DNA from: Octopus vulgaris
Lineage: Eukaryota
Direction of reading: 5' to 3'
DNA length: 64,000 bases
Assembly (NCBI GenBank): GCA_951406725.2
Contig: OX597816.1
Location: forward strand, 66,340,001-66,404,000
The position numbers were made by a program, and so were the translations under genes. This document shows, piece after piece, positions 54,501 through 62,170 of the stretch (its first letter is position 1; each line of letters starts with the position of its first letter). The notes under the pieces are model-generated. The model was not told the origin of the DNA. It made no database searches and saw nothing but the letters and a program-made list of their open reading frames with translations.

Positions 54501-56386
54501 GCTATAACATAGTTTAATAATTTAATATTAATTTTCTCCCGTTAAAGTGGACAACTGAAGTAAAAACGTTTAGATGACTGTATGGCAAAATGAAATATGT
54601 AAAAACTAACTTACATCTCTTTCAATTGAATAAATCGGTCCATCAGATGTATCAACTTTAACCAACTCAGCTGAATACAAATCCATATCAGTCAATGTTA
54701 CTGACATTACATCTAGCAGACAGATGTGCTTCATGGGGTCACACTGAGCATAAGCCATGCTCTGCTGAACAGACAACGTGAAAGGGTTTATAGTCTTTTT
54801 TTCCTGGGCAAGCAATGGTGCTGACAGTTTCTTACAGAATTTACTACTCTGTGGAGAGGAGAGTTTGTCAGAGCTGCTATCAGACAACACGCGGCTGTCC
54901 AGTACTGAAAAGTTGCATGGAGACAAGCACTCCAATGTTGACAGTACAACAGTCTCTTCTGCAGAAACATTCTCAGTGGGGTCAAAAATATCAGAAGATT
55001 TTGATTCACTCATGGATGACGCTTCAAGTTCCCCATCTCTGATGTCATGTTCAAGACTACCATAAATGCTTTGGTTCATCAGATCAACATCAATTTTAGG
55101 AATAACTAGTGCAGGCTTTTCATTTTCTTTTGGCAAACTCTGATGGAAAACACTTTGAGTCATTGGTGTGTAACTACTCACAGAATTGGAGGATAGTTTG
55201 TCATCAGAGTGAGTAGAGTTGGCTGAATTGTACTGTCTACCTTTGATGGTTCCAATGGAACCATCTAAAAGGAACTGGTTGGTAACACTAAGCCGTCCAA
55301 GTTCAGCAACGAGTAGGCCTGTTGTTTTATAACTGTAAGGAAGCAAAATCACAGGACTGTCTGCTTCAATGTTCATCTTAATGCGAGCATTACGTATCAT
55401 ACTTGCTGAGATCTGATAAAAAGAGACAAAGGAAAAAATAAGATTAGAGAAAAATATGCACAAAAGTCAATAGTTCTTACATGCAAACATCTTCATGTAT
55501 ACTTGATTTTGTTTGTTTTTTACTTCTATGTAAATCCTTGCTATGTAATAATTTTCAAAAGCAAATTTATTTTAATTATAAAATCAGATTAATAATAACT
55601 GTTTTTGTTTTATTTATTATAGCAATTATAATATAATAGTAGTAATTATTTTAATTACAATAGCAAGTTAACCACTATAGTATCTAGTTTAAAATAATAA
55701 ATTGAGACTAAGTGTCAGAATGTCAATGAAAGACTTAGCAACATTTGCATACATGTCTGGGAAATGCAAAACAATGGAGTAAACAAATAATAAATGGTCT
55801 CGTGGATCAGGTTAACCTCTTCGGCAATTGTCAAAGGGATGTATGAGAAATCTTCCCTATGTGCACATACTATTTTTATCTGATGTGCATAGTCCTTTTT
55901 AAAAACACATATGCATACACACACACACACATATATATATAAAGTATATCAACACTCCTATGCAAATGATATTACTTTTCATCCCTCTTCAACTAAAATG
56001 GTCTCTCAAATAACTGTTTTAGTTTACAGTTCAGATACTTACTAATCAGACCTTGCATAAATATTTGCATTTATGTACATTTTGGTATATTCTACTGACG
56101 AAAGTAAAGTAATTTTTATATTACTAAACCACAAATTGTTTGATCTAGAATTAGAATCATTTGACATCTATTTCTAGTGTGTAGGTGCTGTTTCTCAGTA
56201 TCCTTAATTATATCTGTATAATGATATATATATATATATTTCTCTCCTTTTTTTTTCTGTGTCCCTTTCTGTAGAAGAGCATAGGCTCGAAACGTAAAAG
56301 GCTTTTTCTATTCCTGAGCATTATGCTAATACATCTGTTTGCTTTGTACACCACCTGTCTTCGTCTTTTGTTTTTTCGGAAACTTT

Positions 56387-56451
<65 letters not shown>

Positions 56452-59400
56452 ACTTCGTGTGTTGCAAATAGAATTTTTTTAAATAACAGAAACCAAAGGG
56501 TTGACTATATTTGCCTTACCTTTTTACCAATGGATGCAGCACGAATCCGACCCATTCTGTCATGTAATTGCAGAAAATGCATACAGAATGCTGTTACTTC
56601 ACTCTGGAATCTATCTGTATACGTGTATTGCACAGTTGCCATATGTAGTTTAACACACAAATCATATGCCCTCTGCATTCCTGGATCATCCCCAGCATAT
56701 CTGAAAAACACACACACACAATCAATTGAGATGTTAAACTGAACTGTCAACATGTTGATTTCAATCATTCTTCCTACAACACACATATAAATATACATGC
56801 TACATCCTTGGGATAATGTAGCTATGCTTTGCTTTGTCATAAGCCCTCAACTCTTAATGAAGCTGTAGATGTGTTGTGACATGTTAAAATCCTGGTGGAG
56901 TCCCTACCTTTCTATGTATGATCACAAGTAATCTTTTGGTGGGAGAGAGAGGGGGAGAGATGGGGAGAGAGAGAGAGAAGAATTAACCCAGTACAAAACT
57001 AGAGTTTTATCTCTAACCTGAAAGGATGGAAGCAAAGCTGACTTTGGCAGTATTTGAACTCGGAGTGATAAGAGTCAAGATGAATATTGCAAAGCAATCT
57101 GCATTATGCTCTAACAACTCTGCCAACTTTTCCCCACCACTATAAAACTACAGTGAGCGCTATGTATATTGTCCTCCTCAGGATCATTTATTGACAAATA
57201 CCAACACCTCTGGTCAAGGAAGACATAAAGAAGACAATTTTCTTCTACCTTTTTCTTTACTATCCACAAGGGGCTAAATACAGAGAGGACAAACAAGGAC
57301 AGACAAACGGATTAAGTCAATTATAATGACCCCAGTGCGTAACTGGTACTTATTTAATTGACCCCAAAAGGATGAAAGGCAAAGTCGACCTCGGCGGAAT
57401 TTGAACTCAGAACGCAGCGGCAGACGAAATACCACAAAGCATTTCGCCCGGCGTGCTAACAATTCTGCCAGCTTGCCGCTTTTAAAAGAAGACAATTTTC
57501 TTCTACCTAAAAAATCACCAGCTGAGCAAAAGGTTTGTAGTGTTTCTGCTAGGATCTGTTGGTACACTCAAACAGTTTAGTTATAAATGAAAAATTATTT
57601 TCCATCATCCAGGGAACCAACACATTTCAATTACAAGACTTGAATTTTATATCTAATAGCAATTGCAATTCTAATAGAAAACAATTTGATAAAGATTTAA
57701 TGAAGGATTTGGAAGGAGAAGCTGATAAAGGGTAGAGATACAAGTATATCAGGTAGGCTTGAATAGGCAGAAGCAGGCGGATAATAATCAAATACAGAAA
57801 TCCCTCGCTATATCGCAGTTCACTCATTACGGTTTATTATTTAAGCTTATGTCGATTCCTCCATGGTGTTGTTTTGCATTTATAATAAAATAAAAATATA
57901 CAAATTATAAAAATAATTTTAAAAATATGCAGTACAGTACTGTTTCTACTTTGCAGATTTTCAACTATTATGCGACGTTTTGGAATATAATACCTGTAAT
58001 AGTCGAGGGATTACTGTAGTTCAAAGGAGCAGAGGCTTTACATTTAGTTACTACAGGAATGTAGTGTGTGTGTGTGTGCATGCAGATGTATACTTATGAA
58101 TTTTATGGTACAAAGTATATGCTTACTTGAATATATCAAATGTAAGGGCTTGATCTCCAACACTAATGAATTTTTCTCGGAAATTGAGGCCATATGGTGA
58201 CTGGTCAAGCACAGAGATACTGCCAAGTTGACCAACAACATGTGTGTTGCCGTCATGCAGGGACAAATTGGCTTTCAGATTGGACACTGTGGCTCGAGCC
58301 AGTTCATACTCTGGTTTATTCATAATTAGAGTGAGGCTTTCGATATTCATGTGAAACTTTGAGTTAACAACTTCTTCACTTTGAATAGAGTTATCTAAAA
58401 GACATAACAGAAGATTTTGATAAAAATTATACACATGCACACACTCGTTCAACATAGAACATGTAAATGAAAACATCATACTCTGGTTGAAACAAAAAAA
58501 AAATCTTGAAATGAGAGTAAATGTGAAAGACTGAATTAAACACATTTCCTATGCTGGTGCCATGTATAAAGCACAGAGTGCATTCTGTAAAGTGTTTGGT
58601 GTAAGGAAGGACATCCAGAAGTAGAAACAATATCAAAACAGACAACTGGAGCTTGGTGCAGCTCTCCAGCTTGCCAACTTCAGTCAAACCATTCAACCCA
58701 TGCCAGCATGGGAAACAGACATTAAATAATGATGATGATGATGATGATGATGAATAACATTTACATGAATTCAATGATGCAAAAACAAAAAGAGAACAAT
58801 TTCAATTTACAAAATGGGAAAACTGGATAGTAAAATGTTAATGTTATATAGTTTCTGCGATGTCAAGTAGATGAGGGATAAGATACTAGCTTTGATGACA
58901 ACTAACTTTTACATCCACAAGAAGAAAATGAACTCAACACTGCAAGTCAAAAGAAGTAGTCATCAAGTACACAGTGATCCCACTGTTTACAACACTGAAT
59001 TACGCTACTTCCTGCTGAGAGACAAGATAACTTAGTTACAGACAGTAGAGTGTCTTAGCTAGACACACAAAATGGTGTGATGATAGCATATGAACTGCTG
59101 ACCACTTTGTTGGTTGTCCAGGGTCATACAAGAAAGCTGACACATCTTGAGAAAATAAATTCATGGAATGGGTTAACTTGGGTGATTATCGTTCCCTGTT
59201 TGAGAAGTGTAACAATGATTTCTAATATAGTCACTAAGCCACAAATGGTATTACCATCAATGAAATTGACCCCAGTGGTAAGCCTAATACACCACCATCT
59301 GGTACTTTATTGCCTTTAGTGGAGTATAATCCTGGTTACACTCCACCCAAAGTTTTCCTCTATATATTGACAGGATGAACATTAATTACATCGATCTCAC

Positions 59401-60921
59401 CAGACTGTGAAGATTTGCAAAATTAAGAGCACTGCCTGTCCTCTCCTAACTTACCAGAAAGATGAAAAACTAGTTTGGCTTCCATAGGATTTGATCACAG
59501 GGTGCAAGGGAACACAACTAAATATTGCAAGACATTCTGTCATCTACTGCCATAAAATAAAAGAGACTAAAACAAAATGAAAATAAATGAATAAAAAAAA
59601 AGGCCACCTTCAGTGTCCAACGAGGAGTCTTGACTGGTTGAGAAAACATTTGGTGACTGGGCTCCAGCTTCTTTAAATGTAGCCCCAAGACCCAGGAAAT
59701 CAAGTAATACGACCCAAGTCTGCAGATTAATGGTTGTATCCAAACTGCTAAACTGAATATCAATGGAGCGATTGATCTATTGAAAGACAAAGAAACAAGG
59801 ACAATTATTTCATCATAAGCAAGACATTTTTTCTTTCTTTTTTTTTACATTTGAAAACCTACCTTTTATCTTTCATGTTTCAGTTATTGGGCTGTGGTCA
59901 TGCTGGGGCAGTGCCTTGAGTTCTTCTTTGAACAAATCAACTCCAGTGCTTATGTCTTTTTTTAAGTCTCATACTTACTATATTGGTCTTTAAAGTCATG
60001 GGGATATTAACAAACCAACACAGGTTGTCAAGCAGTGGGGAAAGGGCACAAACACAGATGCACACATACACACACAGTATGTATGGATGTACATATGTAC
60101 ATACATATGATGAGCTGCTTTCAATTTCATGTACCAAATCCATTCACAAGGCTTTGGTTGGCCCAGGCTGCAGAAGAAGAAACTTGTCCAAAGTGCTGTG
60201 CAGTGGGACTGAACCAGAAACGATGTAGTAACAAAGCAAGCTTCTTAACCACTCAACTATACCTATACCTACAGCAGCTATTCTGGTAAACTTGGTGTAA
60301 ATAGCAGTAGCAGCAATTAATCTTTCAATCAAATTGGCGGAAACAGTTTCCATTGATTTGATTGGATTCCATCCAGCTATAAGACAACTGCTTTTCTAGC
60401 TGGGTGCTCCTCTTAATGCTAATCAATGCTATAACCATTATCATTATTATCGTCATTGTTAAGGTGGCAAACTGGCAGAGTCATTAGCAAGCTGGACAAA
60501 ATGATTAGTAGTATTTCACTCATCACTACACTCTGAGTTCAAATTCCACTGAGGTCGACTTTGCCTTTCATCCTTTCAGGGTTGATAAATTAAGTACCAG
60601 TGAAATTCTGGGGTCAATGTAATAGACTAGTCCCCTCCTCCAAAACTTCGGGCTTTGTGCCTATAATAGAAAGGATTATCATCATCATTGTTACCAATAG
60701 GCGCAGGAGTGGCTGTGTGGTAAGTAGCTTGCTTACCAACCACATGGTTCTGGGTTCATTCCCACTGCGTGGCACCTTGGGCAAGTGTCTTCTACTATAG
60801 TCTCGGGCCGACCAAACCCTTGTGAGTGGATTTGGTAGACCGGAAACTGAAAGAAGCCCGTCATATATATATAACCCATGCTAGCATGGAGAACGGACGT
60901 TAAACGATGATGATGATGATG

Positions 60922-60952
<31 letters not shown>

Positions 60953-61922
60953 ACTCGTGGCCGTGGCACGTAAAATACTCCAATGCGACCGTACGACAGG
61001 CACCCATGCCAACCCCCTTTGCTTGTGAAGACATGTTGGGGCAAGCGAAATCGATATCGAAATGAACCAGCCAGGATCCCTGGTCTGGTGGTACGTAAAA
61101 AGCACTATCCGACTCGTGGCCGATGCCAGCACCGCCTCGACTGGCTTCCGTGCCGGTGGCACATAAAATACACCAATCTGACCGTGGCCGTTGCCAGCCC
61201 CGCCTGGCACCTGTGCAGGTGGCACGTAAAAAGCACCCACTACACTCACGGAGTGGTTGGCGTTAGGAAGGGCATCCAGCTGTAGAAACATTGCCAGATT
61301 AGACTGGAGCCTGGTGCAGCCTTCTGGCTTCCCAGAACCCCGGTCGAACCGTCCAACCCATGCTAGCATGGAGAACGGACGTTAAACGACGATGATGATG
61401 ATGATGATATATAATATGTATGTATGTGTGTATGTCTTTGCATCTGTGTTTGTCCCCCCAACATCGCTTGACAATCGATGCTGGTGTGTTTACATCCCCA
61501 TAAAAGAAACCAATAGAATAAGTATGAGGCTTACAAAGAATAAGTCCTGGAGTCAATTTGCTCGACTAAAGGCAGTGCTCCAGCATGGCCACAGTCAAAT
61601 GACTGAAACAAATAAAAGAGTAATGTTATGGATAAATGAACTAAATAGTATCTCTTCTGATATCTAAATCATTCAATAATAAAATAACATCAATAATAAA
61701 AAAAAACATCTATAATGCTTAGAATGAGATTACTATTTCTATGATATTTATGTTTAAAAAAAAACAAAAAACATTGTTTTCACCTGTTTATAGGTTTCTT
61801 GAAACTGAGGACACTTGCTATCAACTAGGAATATACTAATGTGAACCAGAGGTCCACTGTTAGTCACTTGTTCCATTGAACCCATAGGAGAAGGTGGTGG
61901 TGTACAGGGGTAGCATCCCTCA
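1107..61922 (-). CDS. VPS13D: Vacuolar protein sorting 13D orthologue (bridge-like lipid transfer protein), internal part: 36 coding exons, both gene ends outside window
   Basis: Spliced translation is colinear with VPS13D as I recall it (NRSIDIQFSSLD..QTWVVLLDFLG, LSYND, IDDCKDADVPLAE, GDYYNRKLSGWEPFIE, PFVPFVIRNHTG, EGSARKMITVRSAL, SAPYWLVNKSG, FHWPR, YAWDEP, KRSQLWRMTG, QKQRPGSG..DGPVRVL). All 35 junctions are GT-AG with matching phase. Confidence 0.95.
2580..3200 (+). mobile_element. Degraded 3' fragment of an RTE LINE, opposite orientation to the two younger copies
   Basis: Disrupted frames resemble the RTE ORF end (SSGGGCTESV, KRNEASMLCWMCNVS, WYGHVM); boundaries approximate. Confidence 0.8.
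3585..3654 (-). CDS. VPS13D: VPS13D exon (NGLLTCANGTMCVQAVDTNALQH)
   Basis: tag acceptor, gtaag donor, phase 0->1. Confidence 0.85.
3989..4213. mobile_element. piggyBac-type MITE (~220 bp)
   Basis: TTAA at both ends, TIR CCCTTT(C/T)GTTAC; same family at 41400 and 43823. Confidence 0.8.
5071..5292 (-). CDS. VPS13D: VPS13D exon (ELGKRSQLWRMTGEG..RKPDERRRTTQLWKFTR), QxW ricin-lectin-like region
   Basis: aag acceptor, gtaag donor, phase 0->0. Confidence 0.92.
6750..6978 (+). mobile_element. SINE or short fragment sharing the RTE LINE 3' tail, ending in (ATG)n
   Basis: GAGTGGTTGGC..GAAGGGCATCCAGC..AACCCATGCTAGCATGG..GACGTTAAACG(ATG)n matches the RTE 3' end. Confidence 0.8.
7115..7211 (-). CDS. 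VPS13D: VPS13D exon (DVHLK..ELVLDAISTRIVFKRK)
   Basis: cag acceptor, gttag donor, phase 2->0. Confidence 0.88.
7455..7611 (-). CDS. VPS13D: VPS13D exon (PYAWDEPILNPYITL..QNFIFLAATSTFN)
   Basis: tag acceptor, gtaag donor, phase 1->2. Confidence 0.92.
7712..8070 (-). mobile_element. RTE-tail SINE, opposite orientation to the 6750 copy
   Basis: (CAT)n followed by the reverse complement of the same tail. Confidence 0.8.
8303..8375 (-). CDS. VPS13D: VPS13D exon (IPVQYQQAGVTNPLLKQYIKPITS)
   Basis: cag acceptor, gtaag donor, phase 0->1. Confidence 0.88.
9599..9722 (-). CDS. VPS13D: VPS13D exon (DEQGNSLLLKVEV..DDMPPPFRIDNYSL)
   Basis: tag acceptor, gtaag donor, phase 2->0. Confidence 0.92.
9941..10122 (-). 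CDS. VPS13D: VPS13D exon (DPKQQ..FHWPRVDFDPLLCV..WSGGF..SFHINI)
   Basis: cag acceptor, gtaaa donor, phase 0->2. Confidence 0.93.
10281..13195 (-). mobile_element. 5'-truncated RTE-clade LINE: reverse transcriptase, C4HC3 finger, 3' UTR, (ATG)n tail
   Basis: 517-aa ORF with KGD..NYRGIKL, QFGF, FVDMEKAFD, GVHQGSVLSP, YADD, YLG; C-terminal RLRWYGHV..GRGRPRKTW; 2-bp deletion near 11320 relative to the 16 kb copy splits the ORF. Confidence 0.95.
13852..13996 (-). CDS. VPS13D: VPS13D exon (VFTIGIEVKQG..FAPRYCIDN..FATEI)
   Basis: tag acceptor, gtaag donor, phase 2->0. Confidence 0.92.
15131..15211 (-). CDS. VPS13D: VPS13D exon (CPRFTLDSGIGTRQVHITSKATNSPN)
   Basis: cag acceptor, gtaag donor, phase 2->2. 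Confidence 0.88.
15766..17310 (-). mobile_element. Second, more 5'-truncated RTE LINE copy
   Basis: ORF 16531-16998 is nearly identical to the C-terminus of the first copy; same tail. Confidence 0.93.
15932..16482. repeat. ~60-bp tandem minisatellite (~9 units, two roughly alternating variants) in the RTE 3' UTR
   Basis: Repeated GGATGGTGCTTTTACGTGCCACCGGCACGGGGCCAG..CTGGCAA..CACGAAC. Confidence 0.9.
17771..17827 (-). CDS. VPS13D: VPS13D exon (CSMRAGRQTVAAESVLLQ)
   Basis: cag acceptor, gtaag donor, phase 2->2. Confidence 0.85.
18053..18512 (-). mobile_element. Non-autonomous Helitron-like element with an internal ~140-bp direct repeat
   Basis: Minus strand starts A|TCTATATAG and ends with a TGACC/GGTCA hairpin plus CTAG|T. 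Confidence 0.6.
19417..19583 (-). CDS. VPS13D: VPS13D exon (LQISAPYWLVNKSGIPLIFKQD..AAGQSEDHERAKSVTPLLFSF)
   Basis: tag acceptor, gtatg donor, phase 0->2. Confidence 0.93.
21027..22405 (-). mobile_element. Non-autonomous Helitron-like element with internal direct duplications
   Basis: Minus strand starts A|TCTAATATATTAA..(CTGT)n and ends with a CCGG..CCGG hairpin plus CTAG|T; duplicated blocks ~21060-21340 and ~21355-21560. Confidence 0.65.
22970..23149 (-). CDS. VPS13D: VPS13D exon (ADMSQHLELGIQLENF..GGALK)
   Basis: cag acceptor, gtaag donor, phase 0->0. Confidence 0.93.
23266..23476 (-). CDS. VPS13D: VPS13D exon (FCVSVRR..PGHIITLHPPVTLCNLLP..PLYQ)
   Basis: cag acceptor, gtaaa donor, phase 2->0. 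Confidence 0.93.
24581..24980 (+). mobile_element. tRNA-derived SINE (family A); related copies near 2264, 41693, 60035 (-), 60699 and 62018
   Basis: A-box-like TGGTTGTGTGG, B-box-like GGTTCAGTCC, conserved body, internal TA/TG microsatellite. Confidence 0.75.
25275..25491 (-). CDS. VPS13D: VPS13D exon (CTMLKEKQ..ARP..PLYW..NKECF)
   Basis: cag acceptor, gtaat donor, phase 1->2. Confidence 0.9.
25927..26077 (-). CDS. VPS13D: VPS13D exon (QTMRQQVARFVFDVTQEGSARKMITVRSAL..)
   Basis: tag acceptor, gtaag donor, phase 0->1. Confidence 0.92.
30485..30619 (-). CDS. VPS13D: VPS13D exon (ETHELRVNQLVVKADGWQ..VDKVGIYFR..); may extend in frame to a second donor at 30383
   Basis: cag acceptor; two phase-0 donors (CAG|gtatct and GAG|gtatct). 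Confidence 0.85.
31146..31284 (-). CDS. VPS13D: VPS13D exon (VSGVDTK..EWKQVEPNEEVPF..KIRHK)
   Basis: aag acceptor, gtaga donor, phase 2->0. Confidence 0.88.
33078..33227 (-). CDS. VPS13D: VPS13D exon (NTSKDS..KRIPFVPFVIRNHTGLPFHFLTVTTTPA)
   Basis: cag acceptor, gtgag donor, phase 2->2; this frame is not in the ORF track. Confidence 0.9.
33963..34025 (-). ncRNA. Hammerhead-ribozyme-like motif in the PLE 3' region (left arm)
   Basis: Reverse complement of 35630-35692. Confidence 0.55.
35630..35692 (+). ncRNA. Hammerhead-ribozyme-like motif in the PLE 3' region (right arm)
   Basis: AGATAA-CCGAAGA-GATG..CATC-T-GAAA-CTCAGAG-TT-TTATCT. Confidence 0.55.
35881..35928 (+). ncRNA. Minimal type I hammerhead-like motif in a ~270-bp (TA)n-flanked element (35753-36025)
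   Basis: ATTT-TTGATGA-GGTTC..GAACC-GAAA-CATG-TA-AAAT. Confidence 0.55.
36604..36709 (-). CDS. VPS13D: VPS13D exon (MDCLNINLTSAFIDQY..WTEDYY..)
   Basis: cag acceptor, gtata donor, phase 1->2. Confidence 0.9.
37480..38440 (+). mobile_element. Degraded Tigger/pogo (CENP-B-like) transposase remnant
   Basis: Fragments KRIILNFKFEVLKRLE, SLWIKEQTQHNMPLS, QLMDQGVI, GFEEV..DDVAEML..LSNEEL; many stops and frameshifts. Confidence 0.75.
38524..38585 (-). CDS. VPS13D: VPS13D exon (CNINWEYIEEAERKLELKID)
   Basis: aag acceptor, gtaag donor; supplies the required phase 2->1 bridge. Confidence 0.85.
40367..40484 (-). CDS. VPS13D: VPS13D exon (LELHQQ..GDYYNRKLSGWEPFIEVW)
   Basis: cag acceptor, gtaag donor, phase 1->2; VPS13 WEP motif. 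Confidence 0.93.
40616..40697 (-). CDS. VPS13D: VPS13D exon (IKASSICICLIDDCKDADVPLAEISFN)
   Basis: tag acceptor, gtaag donor, phase 0->1. Confidence 0.92.
41400..41620. mobile_element. piggyBac-type MITE
   Basis: TTAACCCT..AGGGTTAA, homologous to the 3989 copy in reverse orientation. Confidence 0.8.
42024..42205 (-). CDS. VPS13D: VPS13D exon (PAVQEVEMLPLG..WFLTGIE)
   Basis: cag acceptor, GAG|gtaaa donor, phase 1->0. Confidence 0.85.
42294..42423 (-). CDS. VPS13D: VPS13D exon (MTLNLLNIRLSYNDLKMF..PEQA..)
   Basis: cag acceptor, gtctg donor, phase 0->1. Confidence 0.9.
42640..43052 (+). mobile_element. CR1-clade LINE 3' remnant
   Basis: FRNNFS..VAEAWNKLPASLV..SFK, typical of a CR1 ORF2 end, with an (ATT)n tail. 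Confidence 0.65.
43459..43695 (-). CDS. VPS13D: VPS13D exon (CTAVLRY..LEVFSC..EEETALSIIDP..PLVLE)
   Basis: cag acceptor, gtaag donor, phase 0->0. Confidence 0.92.
43823..44051. mobile_element. piggyBac-type MITE
   Basis: TTAA-CCCTTTTGTTAC..GTAACAAAAGGG-TTAA perfect TIR. Confidence 0.85.
44296..44616. mobile_element. Fold-back short element (arms 44352-44469 and 44499-44616), likely Penelope-derived
   Basis: ~118-bp inverted arms; similar CTC(A/T)AATAATTAT flanks (possible TSD); contains a hammerhead-like motif. Confidence 0.65.
44483..44533 (+). ncRNA. Hammerhead-like motif with a compensatory G3:C8 core
   Basis: TTTGTCA-GTGAACA-GGTTGC..GCGCC-GAAA-ATAT-TT-TGACAAA. Confidence 0.55.
46287..46385 (-). 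CDS. VPS13D: VPS13D exon (TEVPFELKVNVRNTQFVVVADMSTWDTEAAILK)
   Basis: cag acceptor, gtaaa donor, phase 0->0. Confidence 0.92.
47452..47594 (-). CDS. VPS13D: VPS13D exon (MDKKPEV..GIVTRRCHVVEQ)
   Basis: cag acceptor, gtaag donor, phase 1->0. Confidence 0.88.
48140..48332 (-). mobile_element. ~190-bp (TA)n-flanked element with a hammerhead-like motif (48231-48268, minus strand)
   Basis: Homologous, in opposite orientation, to 56238-56390. Confidence 0.7.
49132..49353 (-). CDS. VPS13D: VPS13D exon (LPPGKAPNVFSNILQP..LNNMRLMCIFDWLL..)
   Basis: cag acceptor, gtaag donor, phase 1->1. Confidence 0.92.
49503..49722 (-). CDS. VPS13D: VPS13D exon (APPSGSVWTN..SLARFDF..DTRYK)
   Basis: tag acceptor, gtact donor, phase 0->1. 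Confidence 0.92.
49762..50900 (+). mobile_element. Degraded R4/Dong-clade non-LTR retrotransposon 3' part (CCHC finger plus restriction-like endonuclease)
   Basis: KPLHG, EGF..AAQDQ, CRICG..ETI..I..GC, HDRV, RPDLVV, KYKDL, VGALG; (TAA)n on both sides. Confidence 0.82.
50937..51460 (+). mobile_element. Second, different R4/Dong 3' fragment
   Basis: ILWDFDFQT..HHRPDIV..LIIDVAVPGD, KYGDL, ALG, KSALLGT; followed by a long (TAA)n. Confidence 0.82.
52089..52705 (+). mobile_element. Three tandem copies of tRNA-like SINE family B; other copies near 17480, 22720 (-), 36135, 57254 (-) and 60461
   Basis: Repeated CTGAGTTCAAATTCC..GTCGACTTTGCCTTTCATCCTTTCGGGGTCGATAAA..AAGTACCAGT. Confidence 0.8.
53152..53391 (-). 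CDS. VPS13D: VPS13D exon (TGKIFKEKC..VERNLD..LRGILAHNIGE..)
   Basis: cag acceptor, gtatg donor, phase 0->0. Confidence 0.93.
54615..55412 (-). CDS. VPS13D: VPS13D large 798-bp exon (ISASMIRNARI..LVAELGRLSVTNQF..Ser-rich linker..CLLDVMSVTLTDMDLYSAE..)
   Basis: cag acceptor, gtaag donor, phase 0->0; lies within the 285-aa ORF. Confidence 0.93.
56238..56390 (+). mobile_element. (TA)n-flanked short element with a hammerhead-like motif (56264-56301)
   Basis: CCTTT-CTGTAGA-A-GAGC-ATAG-GCTC-GAAA-CG-TA-AAAGG. Confidence 0.7.
56520..56700 (-). CDS. VPS13D: VPS13D exon (YAGDDP..VQYTYTDRFQSEVTAF..RAASIGKK)
   Basis: cag acceptor, gtaag donor, phase 2->0. Confidence 0.93.
57795..58016. mobile_element. 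Tc1/mariner (Tigger-like) MITE
   Basis: TA-CAGAAATCCCTCG..CGAGGGATTACTG-TA. Confidence 0.7.
58127..58394 (-). CDS. VPS13D: VPS13D exon (NSIQSEE..NKPEYELARATVS..GDQALTFDIF)
   Basis: tag acceptor, gtaag donor, phase 1->2. Confidence 0.93.
59608..59776 (-). CDS. VPS13D: VPS13D exon (INRSIDIQFSSLDTTINLQTWVVLLDFLGLG..)
   Basis: tag acceptor, gtggc donor, phase 0->1; this frame is not in the ORF track. Confidence 0.9.
60699..61620 (+). mobile_element. Family A SINE interrupted by nested RTE-tail elements (60873-61408)
   Basis: SINE head 60699-60872; body resumes near 61411 as in the intact 24581 copy. Confidence 0.75.
61784..61922 (-). CDS. VPS13D: VPS13D exon (EGCYPCTPPPSP..LVHISIFLVDSKCPQFQETYKQ)
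   Basis: cag acceptor, gtgaa donor, phase 2->0. Confidence 0.9.
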
Positions 61923-62133
61923 CTGAAAGATAAGGGTCAAAATAATAAAATACAACAAATACTTGAAAGTTTACAGCAGAGACAAAAAAATTATACATGG
62001 TATATATAAAATAAACAGGCCCAGACTTGGCTGCATGGTTGAAAAGCTTACTTCTCAATCATGTGGTCTCAGGTTCTGTTCTACTGCATGGCTTTGTGAG
62101 TGGATTTAGTAAATGGAAACTGAAAGAAGCCTG

Positions 62134-62170
<37 letters not shown>

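Noticed and set aside
56095-56130. CTGACGA followed by a hairpin
   Set aside because: No GAAA and no stem I or stem III; not called a hammerhead.
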